Origin: Desulfobacteraceae bacterium
GTDB taxonomy: Bacteria > Desulfobacterota > Desulfobacteria > Desulfobacterales > UBA5852
NCBI GenBank assembly: GCA_014237395.1
Contig: JABZFP010000028.1
Location: 585-64,584, forward strand
Length of the DNA: 64,000 nucleotides
Reading direction: 5' to 3'
In this document: positions 48,580 through 57,437 of the stretch, one piece after another
Numbering within the stretch: the first letter of the stretch is position 1
Layout: each line of letters starts with the position of its first letter
Translations under genes and position numbers: made by a program
Notes under the pieces: model-generated
What the model saw: only the letters and a program-made list of their open reading frames with translations
Told to the model about the DNA's origin: nothing
Database searches by the model: none

Positions 48580-48789
48580 TCAAGATAGATGACCGTGGAT
48601 CAAATCGAGGGTGGGAACAGCATGCTCCGCTTGCTGTCGTGTTATTTCCGTGGCACTCAAACGCAGCGCCATCATCATTTCGGTATGGTCAAAGAGCTCA
48701 ATCCGCTCCGGATTGACCCGAAACACCTCATGCGTATCGGGATGAAAAATATAAATCTCGTCGTTCAACAGCAAATACTTTTCCGTCAT
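48580..48789 (-). CDS. small hypothetical protein (69 aa)
   Basis: ORF 48580..48954 trimmed to MTEKYLLLNDEIYIF behind aagga. Sits 13 nt after the zinc-ribbon gene. Confidence 0.5.
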   Translation of the reverse strand: MTEKYLLLNDEIYIFHPDTHEVFRVNPERIELFDHTEMMMALRLSATEITRQQAEHAVPTLDLIHGHLS

Positions 48790-48802
48790 TGAAATTTTCC
48801 TT

Positions 48803-48985
48803 TTAGGACCGTCTTGGCGGCAGATGCAGAGGATAACCATTATCGACCGCCAGTGCGGCGCTGAACTCCAGATCGCAGGCCAGTCGCCGCAAATAGGCCA
48901 TGCGTTTGTCGCACACGCGGCACTGGCTGTTGTTCTTATCTTTGTGCAGGCCATGGCACTGACGACAAGGATTGAGTCGATTCAT
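48803..48985 (-). CDS. small zinc-ribbon protein (60 aa)
   Basis: ORF 48803..49081 trimmed to MNRLNPCRQCHGLHKDKNNSQCRVCDK (CxxC-X12-CxxC) behind a strong RBS aaggagg. Confidence 0.6.
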   Translation of the reverse strand: MNRLNPCRQCHGLHKDKNNSQCRVCDKRMAYLRRLACDLEFSAALAVDNGYPLHLPPRRS

Positions 48986-49131
48986 CGCAACCTCCTTGAT
49001 GTACAACCCCCAAGATGAGGCGTCGGTTGGGTTTATCGGGTAAATGGGGCGGGGGGCTTTCCCATGACCCTCAGCATGCAAGAAGGCCTCCCGTTGCCGA
49101 TAAGGTTTATCGATGGCTTAAACCGTTTGAA

Positions 49132-50556
49132 TTAGCGCCGAATGACCATGCGGTTAGAATCAAATGATGGTGTCATCTTCCGGACCACGGGTTGGATGCC
49201 ATTGCCTGCCCTAAAGCGCCGCAAGCGCTCCGGCCGGGCCGGGCGGCGGCCGTCGAAAAAATCACAGGCCTGATAATAGTGCAGGTCCTTCAGCCACAAT
49301 TTTATGAATCCGGCATCTTTCCACCATCGGCGCAGGGATTTAAACGGGTGCCGCACCAAATCCTGAAGGGGCCCCCCCAGTTCCGAAGGATCACGAAAAC
49401 ACTCCCATTCACAGGCATAGCACGCCCTGCTGTCACCACCAGGCATCGTCGGCCGATCGCTAAAAACGCCCAGATCTTCTTCACCGCGATATCCGCAGGG
49501 ATAGGTATGTCCTGTAACAGCGTCAATAAAAAAGAAATCCTTGCCGCCACGGCATGGGTATCCGCGTTCGCCACGGCCGAATTGCCGTTTGAGCGCGTCG
49601 AGCGCGAAGAGGGGTGTAAAAATCCTCAGACGCGCGCGATTTTCCCTTACGGATTGACCGAGCACATCAAAAAGGTGGGCTTTTTCCCGGGAGGAAAACG
49701 ACACGATGGCCGATGTCGCCGTGGCGCCATAGACCGCATTCAGCTCACCGCTGCCACCATCATCCGCGATACTCATGGGATAGCAGACATTCGCGGTCGA
49801 AAAGCCCATCCCGGCCACAAATTGAAAAAAGCGGGAAAGCCCTGAATGGAGACGTTCACGAAAGACCGCGACCGGGACGCCCTTGGCCCCAGGAACGCCG
49901 TTCTCAAGTACGGGAATGCTTCCGGGACCATCGAGGTTGCGATTGATACCCAGGTTGGCGGAGGGGAACAGGCCGTAGCGGTGAAAAATGGGCAGGGCCC
50001 GTTCGATGCCGCGGATGATTCCGGGAAACCCCCGCATTTTTTCGTGGGTGGCCGGATCCGCGGAATCGATACTGATCCAGAAATTGCGCAGAGGGGTGGC
50101 CGCCAGGGTTTCGGCCAGCCGATGGATGCGGTCGGGAAAATCCGGATTGTCGGGCGACCGGAAGACAAAACCGTTGGTTCCCGTCCGGATGTAGGCGATC
50201 CCTGCGGCACCAGCATGATCGATCAGCGTCACGAGATCCTGCAGCACGAGCAGCGGCTCGCCACCGGTAAAGGAAACAGCGGCGATACCCCGCTGGGCAG
50301 CGGCATCGATCATGCGCTTGACGTCATCCAGCGGCAGGCTGTGCCGCGGAAAGTGTTCGTTGATGTTCATCCCGCATTGCGGACAGGTGGCGTTGCACCG
50401 ATCGGTCAATTGGATCACCAACTGACCCGGCAAATTGCCGTGGCGGAGAAGATGGAGCACGTGTCGTAGTTTCATGGATGTTTTTCGAATAGACGGCTGC
50501 TGTAGGTGCTCAGCGGCGGCATTGGAGACGGCATATCCGTTCTGGTAAAGTACCAT
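49132..50556 (-). CDS. radical SAM protein with Cys-rich C-terminal extension
   Basis: CNATCPQCG (CxxxCxxC) plus the GGEPLL SAM motif. C-terminal cysteines (CRGG...CGYRG...CYACEWEC) are suggestive of an auxiliary cluster. The start is uncertain (50556 or MKLRHVL at 50475). Confidence 0.8.
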   Translation of the reverse strand: MVLYQNGYAVSNAAAEHLQQPSIRKTSMKLRHVLHLLRHGNLPGQLVIQLTDRCNATCPQCGMNINEHFPRHSLPLDDVKRMIDAAAQRGIAAVSFTGGEPLLVLQDLVTLIDHAGAAGIAYIRTGTNGFVFRSPDNPDFPDRIHRLAETLAATPLRNFWISIDSADPATHEKMRGFPGIIRGIERALPIFHRYGLFPSANLGINRNLDGPGSIPVLENGVPGAKGVPVAVFRERLHSGLSRFFQFVAGMGFSTANVCYPMSIADDGGSGELNAVYGATATSAIVSFSSREKAHLFDVLGQSVRENRARLRIFTPLFALDALKRQFGRGERGYPCRGGKDFFFIDAVTGHTYPCGYRGEEDLGVFSDRPTMPGGDSRACYACEWECFRDPSELGGPLQDLVRHPFKSLRRWWKDAGFIKLWLKDLHYYQACDFFDGRRPARPERLRRFRAGNGIQPVVRKMTPSFDSNRMVIRR

Positions 50557-50569
50557 TCCAACGCAGGCA

Positions 50570-53032
50570 TCAGAAACCGGCCACCCATTGAAACCTTTCT
50601 CCGGCGGAGATGGTCTGGTAAGACTCCCAGGTCTTCAGGAAAGCCGCATCGAACGAGCGCTCTTCCATGGATCGCCGGGCCGCCCGTCCCATGGCCCGCC
50701 GTTGTCGGGGATTCGACAGGATGTCGTTGAGCGCCGCCGCCAGAGCCTCCACATCGTTGCCGGGAACGACGCGTCCTGTCGTGTCGGGAAGCATGTTTTC
50801 GCAGGGGCCGCCCTGATCCGACACCACCACCGGCAGCCCGGAGGCCTGGGCTTCCAGGACCACATTGCCGAACGTATCCGTCGTACTGGGGAACACGAAG
50901 ATGTCTGCCGAAGCGTAGGCTTTGGCAAGATCGTCGCCTGCAAGAGCACCGGTAAAGGTGCACGGCAAATCGCTTAGCAGCGCCTTCATTTCGTTCAAAT
51001 AGGGGCCATCGCCCACAATCACCAGATGGGCTTGGGCCTGTCTGGCATAAAGAAGGCGGAAAGCGTCCCCGAGAACCGCCAGGTTTTTTTCTTTGGAGAT
51101 CCGCCCGACATACAACAGTTTGGTCGATGCGGCCACCCCGTAGGATTGCTCGAAAAAGCCGTTTCGTTTTTCCGGTGAAAACCGTTCCGTATCGATGCCA
51201 CGGGGATACAAAGCGATCTTGTCGCCATTGATCCCGCGCGCGATCAGTTCCTGACGCGTATCTTCGGACGGCGCATAGATCAGGTCCATCTGGTCGTAGT
51301 ACCAGACGACAAATTTCCAGGTGAGCTCCGCCATAGCGTCATCACCGGTGAGAAACTGGGCATATTGCGGCAGCTGGGTATGGTAGGTGCCGCAGATCGG
51401 CAGTTTCAAGATGCGCGCAATGGCCAGAGCGGCCAGACCGATCGGACCCGGGGTGGCGGAATGGATGCGGGTGAAACCCTGTTCGTAGCAGTACCGCAGC
51501 ATTTCCATCAGCGGGGGATAAAACAGCTTCTGCTCAGGGTATTCGGGCAGGTCATACGTGCCGATCGGCTGGAAGGCCTTGACCCCCGGTTGGGACAGAT
51601 GCGGATCTTCATTGCAGGTGATCACCTGCAGCGACTTGCCGTGCCGCAGGGCCACCTGCACCTGCTGTTGCAGGGTCAGGGCCACGCCGTTGGTGTCATA
51701 GAAAGTGTCCGTAAAATGACCGACCCGCAGCGTGTCGGCGGTCCCGGCATTGGCCGGGGACGGAACACCGAAATGGTCTCGAACGGCATGCGTAAAGTCA
51801 CGATCCTTTGAAAAGAGAGAAAACGCGATAAAGTAAGGGGCCAGCAGGCCATATAGTCCACCGGCCGATCCAAGTGTATGGAAGATATTGAAGACATTTC
51901 CACCGAGCAGATGATTCATGGCATGATTGGCAAAATTGATCAGGGCCTGGTTGGACACCTGGTTCACGAAATCGAACCACCCGATTTCCGGCGGGAGATC
52001 ATTCTGTGCGCCCGTCAGGGCCAAGCGCTTGAATTGCCGGTCATCTTTCAACAGACTGGCGGTGGTATGCCGCAGCAGACCGATAAGATCATCGGAAACC
52101 GGTTCGGGCCGGGTGCGCCGATGGGCGTTTAGAAAACAATAGACCTTGTCGATCAGGCGGCCATCATGACCCTTGCCGTCACAGCCGTTGGGCCGCAGCG
52201 ACCGGTCGAGATATTTGATCAGAAGATCTTTTCCCTGGAAACGTTCCAGGTTGAATTTGCTCCGGTAGTACTGATAGGCGATACTGTAAAAATTGTGCGC
52301 CATGGTTTCCGGGAGGGAGGGCTGTCGTACGGCCCGGCTTTGCCCGTTTTCAAGGCCCGCCAGACCGTCCTTCAGATTCCCGGCACCGGGAATTTCAGTG
52401 AAGGTCCGCGCAATGTTCAGGGAACTGTGGTCATCCGATCCGCCGGTGATATTTTTTTCCCACGGCTCCGGAAAGGCCGGATCGATGCCGTGGCGGTCGC
52501 TTAGCGCCTCGATCATATCCGGCGAGAGGGCCTTCAATACCGCTTCGAGCCCCTCATTGGCCACATCGTTGCGGGCCCCGTTCATCTCGAAATTCTTGAA
52601 GAGCAGCAGCATTTTCTCGAAGTGCTCGATGCTCAACCGATCATTGACACCGTAAAGGGGATGTGCCACCACGTGCACGATCCCCTGCGCCCGCAGATAG
52701 TCCACCAAATAAAACACGTTGTCCCGGCACTGCTGGATGTCGGCATGCTGGCGCTCGGTGATGTCCAGTGCCAGCACGTGCAGCTTGCATCGATCCTCGG
52801 GGAAATAGGTGGTAATCTCTTCGCTAATAAAGGTGTGCGGCAAATGGGCGATTGCCAAAGCGCCCTCGATCCGGTTATGATCCGAAATCGTCACGTGTGT
52901 CATGCCACGCGCAAGGGCAATCCGGTAGATATCCTGCGGCTCTGTGAAGCTTTCCGGGCAACCGATTTTTTTCAATACCCAGGCCGAAGGCCGCTTGGAG
53001 TATTTGGAATGAACATGAAGGTCAACACGCAT
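50570..53032 (-). CDS. PHP-domain phosphoesterase fused to GT4 glycosyltransferase (820 aa)
   Basis: N-terminus MRVDLHVHSKYS...TISDHNRIEG (PHP metal-binding His/Asp). C-terminus GRISKEKNL...FPSTTDTFGNVVLEAQASGLPVVVS (GT4 E-x7-E). Confidence 0.85.
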   Translation of the reverse strand: MRVDLHVHSKYSKRPSAWVLKKIGCPESFTEPQDIYRIALARGMTHVTISDHNRIEGALAIAHLPHTFISEEITTYFPEDRCKLHVLALDITERQHADIQQCRDNVFYLVDYLRAQGIVHVVAHPLYGVNDRLSIEHFEKMLLLFKNFEMNGARNDVANEGLEAVLKALSPDMIEALSDRHGIDPAFPEPWEKNITGGSDDHSSLNIARTFTEIPGAGNLKDGLAGLENGQSRAVRQPSLPETMAHNFYSIAYQYYRSKFNLERFQGKDLLIKYLDRSLRPNGCDGKGHDGRLIDKVYCFLNAHRRTRPEPVSDDLIGLLRHTTASLLKDDRQFKRLALTGAQNDLPPEIGWFDFVNQVSNQALINFANHAMNHLLGGNVFNIFHTLGSAGGLYGLLAPYFIAFSLFSKDRDFTHAVRDHFGVPSPANAGTADTLRVGHFTDTFYDTNGVALTLQQQVQVALRHGKSLQVITCNEDPHLSQPGVKAFQPIGTYDLPEYPEQKLFYPPLMEMLRYCYEQGFTRIHSATPGPIGLAALAIARILKLPICGTYHTQLPQYAQFLTGDDAMAELTWKFVVWYYDQMDLIYAPSEDTRQELIARGINGDKIALYPRGIDTERFSPEKRNGFFEQSYGVAASTKLLYVGRISKEKNLAVLGDAFRLLYARQAQAHLVIVGDGPYLNEMKALLSDLPCTFTGALAGDDLAKAYASADIFVFPSTTDTFGNVVLEAQASGLPVVVSDQGGPCENMLPDTTGRVVPGNDVEALAAALNDILSNPRQRRAMGRAARRSMEERSFDAAFLKTWESYQTISAGERFQWVAGF

Positions 53033-53226
53033 CGGCGATTCCTTTTCTGTACGATCTCGATTGGGGTCCTTATTCGTTCCATCAAATCGCCTTGAACTAT
53101 TTCGCTGTTAAGCTCAAATGAGCCTCTGTTTAGGAATTCATTAGCAAAAGAAAAACCGTCGTATTGCGCGCACCTGCCCTCTGACGAAAAGTAAAAAATT
53201 ATAAAAATCAGCTGATTATCGAAACC

Positions 53227-53270
53227 CTAACGCATTTCTAACGTTCGTCTAACAATACTTGCCCTATATG
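53227..53270 (+). promoter_or_regulatory. candidate Pho box (3 units) and -10, upstream of phoU
   Basis: CTAAC at 53227, 53238 and 53249 (perfect 11-bp phasing); TATATG at 53265-53270, 11 nt after the last unit. Confidence 0.6.
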
Positions 53271-53379
53271 TACGGTCACACGACGAAATCACCGTCACGA
53301 GTCAAACCTCAGCGGCAACACGTTGTGGGGAATGAAACACCGCGGCTTATCCGCTGGGAAACAACGAAAAGGGACGCCC

Positions 53380-54036
53380 ATGGCCAGACACTTTCATAAA
53401 GAACTTGAAAAAATCAAAAAAATGATCCTGTCGCTCGGCGCGATGGTCGAAGAGCGCGTGCGGCGGATTGCAACCGCCATCACCGAACGGGATGGCGACC
53501 TGGCGCAGGAACTCATCCGCTCGGATTTTGAAATCGATGAAATGGAAGTGGAAATCGAGGAGGAGTGCCTTAAGATCATGGCGCTGCATCAACCGGTGGC
53601 CATCGACTTGCGCTTTCTCGTCGCCGTCATCAAAATCAATAACGACCTGGAGCGCATCGCCGATGAAACGGTCAATATCGCCCAGCGCATCAAAACCATG
53701 ACAAAAGACAGCCCGGCCAGCTTTTTTTTCGACTACGACCCCATGAGCGCGGAAGTCGAAAACATGCTGAAACTGAGCCTCGATGCCCTAGTCAACATGG
53801 ACGTGGACACCGCCTTCAAGGTCGTTACCATGGATGACGATGTCGACAGCATCCACCGCCAAGTATACCAGCTCATCTGCGATGAAATGGCCCATCATCC
53901 GGACCAGATGGCCTTTTTGATCAACTTTTATCTGATTTCACGCCATCTGGAACGTATCGGCGATCACGCCACCAACATCGCCGAAGAAGTGATTTATCTG
54001 ATCGAGGGCGAAATCGTCCGGCATGCCGATTATTAA
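53380..54036 (+). CDS. phoU: phosphate transport system regulator PhoU
   Basis: ORF 53323..54036 trimmed to MARHFHKELEKIKK. Two PhoU repeats (NNDLERIADE / SRHLERIGDH). Confidence 0.9.
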   Translation: MARHFHKELEKIKKMILSLGAMVEERVRRIATAITERDGDLAQELIRSDFEIDEMEVEIEEECLKIMALHQPVAIDLRFLVAVIKINNDLERIADETVNIAQRIKTMTKDSPASFFFDYDPMSAEVENMLKLSLDALVNMDVDTAFKVVTMDDDVDSIHRQVYQLICDEMAHHPDQMAFLINFYLISRHLERIGDHATNIAEEVIYLIEGEIVRHADY

Positions 54037-54228
54037 CACCTTGATCTTCCCCGATTCTATCGCGATCTGGCGTCGCCTGAGATCCAGCATCTTTTGATCC
54101 GGGGAATCAATGACGGCGTGAATTCGGGTGTCTCGGGAACCCCGACCGTCTTCGTCAACCATACCCGGATGGTGTCGTTAGGCATCGATGATCTCCGACA
54201 GGCCATCGGCCAAGCGGCCGCGCCATAA
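54037..54228 (+). pseudogene. C-terminal remnant of a DsbA-like thioredoxin-fold protein
   Basis: Own translation, in frame directly after the phoU TAA: HLDLPRFYRDLASPEIQHLLIRGINDGVNSGVSGTPTVFVNHTRMVSLGIDDLRQAIGQAAAP*. G(V)xGTPTxF(I/V)N is the DsbA-family C-terminal block. There is no start codon and no CxxC part. Confidence 0.45.
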
Positions 54229-54304
54229 CTATGCGCCTTGCTGCAGAACGCCATACCGCAGGTGCTTCGAAGCGGATCGCTAAGGAAATACGATGAAATT
54301 TTGT

Positions 54305-54490
54305 CACGCCCCCTTTGTCCCGCGCTGAGCATCGACGCGGTGGACGGAAAAAAGCGCGCGGACTGTCTGAGCCCGCCGAAAGGCGGGTGAGTTTCCGCGG
54401 GCTACGGCCGCCGCGGCGACGCGCAGGATGAAGCGGGACACGGGCGCTTTCTTTTGGTTCCGTTTTCTTTCGCGTGAAAGAAAATGAACA
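54305..54490 (+). repeat. GC-rich dispersed repeat, copy 3
   Basis: ccctttgtcccgcgctgagcatcgacgcggtggacggaaaaaagcgcgcggactgtctgagcccgccgaaaggcgggtgagtttccgcg...ggacacgggcgctttcttttggttccgttttctttcgcgtgaaagaaaatgaac. Confidence 0.8.
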
Positions 54491-54621
54491 GACTTTATAG
54501 ATAAACCATCCCGAATCGGCGGTAACTGCAAAAACCTCCACCAAGAGCGGCATACGATAGTCAAATACAAAGCCTTCCTATGCCTGCATTCACACGAATC
54601 TATTGCAAAACTAGCCGTATG

Positions 54622-54664
54622 GTAACCGGCCCCTAACACGTTTCTAACACGCCCCCACTATCTA
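54622..54664 (+). promoter_or_regulatory. candidate Pho box (3 units) and -10, upstream of pstC
   Basis: GTAAC(54622) CTAAC(54633) CTAAC(54644); TATCTA at 54659-54664, 10 nt after the last unit. Confidence 0.6.
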
Positions 54665-54728
54665 TTGTCCGCAATGGAAGAGCCGCTGCCAATGGCGGCT
54701 CAAACCGCTAAACCAAGAGATACCGAAA

Positions 54729-56120
54729 ATGATGTCGCCATCGGTCATATTTATCGCCATTCTGCTATTGATGTCGGCTGCCTATTACGCGGGGAGAAAA
54801 CGCGCCTTGGCGGTGGCGGGCAGTCGCGCCGGTCTGGCGCGGATGCATTCGCGCCCCACATATTATGGCTTGTTGACCGCCATGTGGTGCGGTATTCCGG
54901 CGCTGCTGGTATTCAGTTCCTGGTCCGTTTTCGAATCCGGCATCATCACCCATCTGGTTGTCGCCGGACTGCCCGATGCCATCCGCGACCTGCCGGCCGA
55001 CCGCCTGAATCTGGTTGTCAACGATATCCGGAACCTGGTCAGCGGCAATATCGTTTCCGCCGATATCGATCAGACCATGCGATCCGCGGCGGACCACTAT
55101 CTGGAACTCCAGGCGATCAGTCATGCGTCCCTGGCCGTGGTCATCCTGGCAATGACCATGGCGGCCATCGCTATCCTCATGCGTATCATCGCGCCCGGTC
55201 TGCGGGCACGCAATCAGGTTGAAAGCATCATCAAGTGGATTCTGATCGCCTGCTCCACGATCGCGATTTTTACGACCATCGGAATCCTGCTGTCGGTCCT
55301 GTTCGAGGCCATTCGTTTTTTTGAAAAAATTTCCATCACGGAATTCTTATTCGGCTTGAAGTGGAGTCCCCAGATGGCCATCCGGGCCGACCAGGTAGGC
55401 TCTTCGGGCGCTTTCGGCGCCGTTCCGGTGTTTGCCGGCACGCTGATGATCTCCGCCATCGCCATGGTGGTGGCCGTTCCGGTTGGCCTGCTGTCCGCTA
55501 TCTACCTTTCTGAATACGCCGATCGCCGTTTTCGAGCGGTTGCCAAGCCGCTGATGGAAATCCTGGCCGGCATCCCAACCGTCGTTTATGGCTTTTTTGC
55601 CGCCCTGACCGTGGCCCCCCTTATCCGTGAGACCGGTATCGGATTGGGGCTCGATGTGTCCTCCGAAAGTGCTCTTGCTGCCGGTTTGGTGATGGGCATC
55701 ATGATCATTCCTTTCGTCTCTTCGCTGTCCGACGACGTCATCAACGCCGTGCCCCAGGCCATGCGGGACGGCGCCTATGGGTTAGGCGCCACCAAGTCCG
55801 AGACCGTCAAACAGGTCGTGCTGCCGGCGGCTTTGCCCGGCATCGTGGGGGGTGTGCTGCTGGCCGTCTCCCGTGCCATCGGAGAGACCATGATCGTCGT
55901 CATGGCGGCCGGGTTGGCGGCCAACCTGACCGCCAATCCGCTGAAAACCGTCACCACCGTCACCGTCCAAATTGTTACGCTCCTGGTGGGTGATCAGGAA
56001 TTCGACAGCCCCAAGACCCTGGCCGCTTTTGCCCTGGGCCTGATTTTGTTTATCGCGACCCTGATCCTTAACGTCATCGCCCTCCATGTGGTGCGCAAAT
56101 ACAGGGAACAATATGAATAA
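54729..56120 (+). CDS. pstC: phosphate ABC transporter permease PstC (long type)
   Basis: 463 aa polytopic permease. The EAA-loop region AMRDGAYGLGATKSETVKQVVLPAALPGI is typical of PstC. Confidence 0.85.
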   Translation: MMSPSVIFIAILLLMSAAYYAGRKRALAVAGSRAGLARMHSRPTYYGLLTAMWCGIPALLVFSSWSVFESGIITHLVVAGLPDAIRDLPADRLNLVVNDIRNLVSGNIVSADIDQTMRSAADHYLELQAISHASLAVVILAMTMAAIAILMRIIAPGLRARNQVESIIKWILIACSTIAIFTTIGILLSVLFEAIRFFEKISITEFLFGLKWSPQMAIRADQVGSSGAFGAVPVFAGTLMISAIAMVVAVPVGLLSAIYLSEYADRRFRAVAKPLMEILAGIPTVVYGFFAALTVAPLIRETGIGLGLDVSSESALAAGLVMGIMIIPFVSSLSDDVINAVPQAMRDGAYGLGATKSETVKQVVLPAALPGIVGGVLLAVSRAIGETMIVVMAAGLAANLTANPLKTVTTVTVQIVTLLVGDQEFDSPKTLAAFALGLILFIATLILNVIALHVVRKYREQYE

Positions 56121-57405
56121 CGCCACTGCCAACGGCTTGCCCCCCGGCCGTCGTGCCATCGATATCGTGAACGCCGGATTATCCAAACGCTACCGTCGGG
56201 AACGCCGGTTCCGCCTCTATGGCATCAGTGCCATCCTGGCCAGCCTCCTTTTTCTTTCGTTTCTGTTCGGCAGCATCATCAGCAAAGGCTATACGGCGTT
56301 TCAGCAAACCTTTATCCGGCTGGACATCTTCTTCGATCCGGCCATCTTGAGCCAGGAGTCCCTGACCACCGCCAATTACCCCGGTGTGGTGAAGCAATCC
56401 CTGCGGCAGATGTTTCCGGAAGTCACCACGCGCCAGGATAAACGCATGCTCTATGGCATGGTCAGCAATGATGCTGCCTTCCAGGTTCGCAAGCTTGTAT
56501 TGGATTCTCCGGAAATGATCGGGCAGACCCTGCCCATCTGGGTGGCGGCGGACGATGATATCGACATGCTCATGAAGGGACACTTTGACCTCGATGTGCC
56601 GGAAAGCGAGCGCCGCATAAATGACGTCCAGTTGGCCTGGGTCGATCGCCTGCAACAGGAAAATCGCGTGGAAAAACGGTTCAACCGAACGTTTTTTACC
56701 GCCGGGGACTCGCGCGAACCTGAACAGGCCGGGATTCTGGGGGCGGTGATGGGATCTTTTTACACCCTTCTGGTAACGCTGCTGCTGTCGTTTCCGATCG
56801 GCATCGCCTCGGCCGTCTACCTGGAGGAGTTCGCGCCCAAGAACCGCTGGACCGATCTGATCGAAGTCAATATCAACAACCTCGCCGCAGTGCCCTCCAT
56901 TGTCTTCGGACTGCTGGGCCTGGCTGTTTTTCTGAATTTCTTCGGTCTGCCGCGCTCGGCCCCGCTGGTGGGGGGTCTCGTGTTGACCTTGATGACCCTG
57001 CCGACGATCATCATTGCCAGCCGGGCCTCGCTGCAGTCGGTTCCCCCGTCTATCCGGGAGGCGGCCCTGGGCATCGGGGCCTCCAAGATGCAGATGGTCA
57101 CCCACCATGTCCTTCCCCTGGCCCTGCCCGGCATCCTGACGGGCACGATTATCGGCATGGCCCGTGCGCTGGGAGAATCCGCACCACTGCTGATGATCGG
57201 GATGGTGGCCTTTATCGTGGATATTCCGGGAGGGCTGACGGATTCCGCAACCGTCCTGCCGGTCCAAATCTTTCTCTGGGCGGACAGCCCTGAACGGGCT
57301 TTCGTGGAGCGGACATCGGCGGCAACGATTGTCTTGCTCGCGTTTCTGATCGTGATGAACGCCACGGCCGTCATTCTGCGCAAGAAGTTTGAACGGCGTT
57401 GGTAA
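56113..57405 (+). CDS. pstA: phosphate ABC transporter permease PstA (long type)
   Basis: ORF 56086..57405 trimmed to MNNATANG (ATGAATAA overlap with the pstC stop). IREAALGIGASKMQMVTHHVLPLALPGI. Confidence 0.85.
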   Translation: MNNATANGLPPGRRAIDIVNAGLSKRYRRERRFRLYGISAILASLLFLSFLFGSIISKGYTAFQQTFIRLDIFFDPAILSQESLTTANYPGVVKQSLRQMFPEVTTRQDKRMLYGMVSNDAAFQVRKLVLDSPEMIGQTLPIWVAADDDIDMLMKGHFDLDVPESERRINDVQLAWVDRLQQENRVEKRFNRTFFTAGDSREPEQAGILGAVMGSFYTLLVTLLLSFPIGIASAVYLEEFAPKNRWTDLIEVNINNLAAVPSIVFGLLGLAVFLNFFGLPRSAPLVGGLVLTLMTLPTIIIASRASLQSVPPSIREAALGIGASKMQMVTHHVLPLALPGILTGTIIGMARALGESAPLLMIGMVAFIVDIPGGLTDSATVLPVQIFLWADSPERAFVERTSAATIVLLAFLIVMNATAVILRKKFERRW

Positions 57406-57437
57406 CGATCGGCATTTTTTATGATGAAAACATGATT

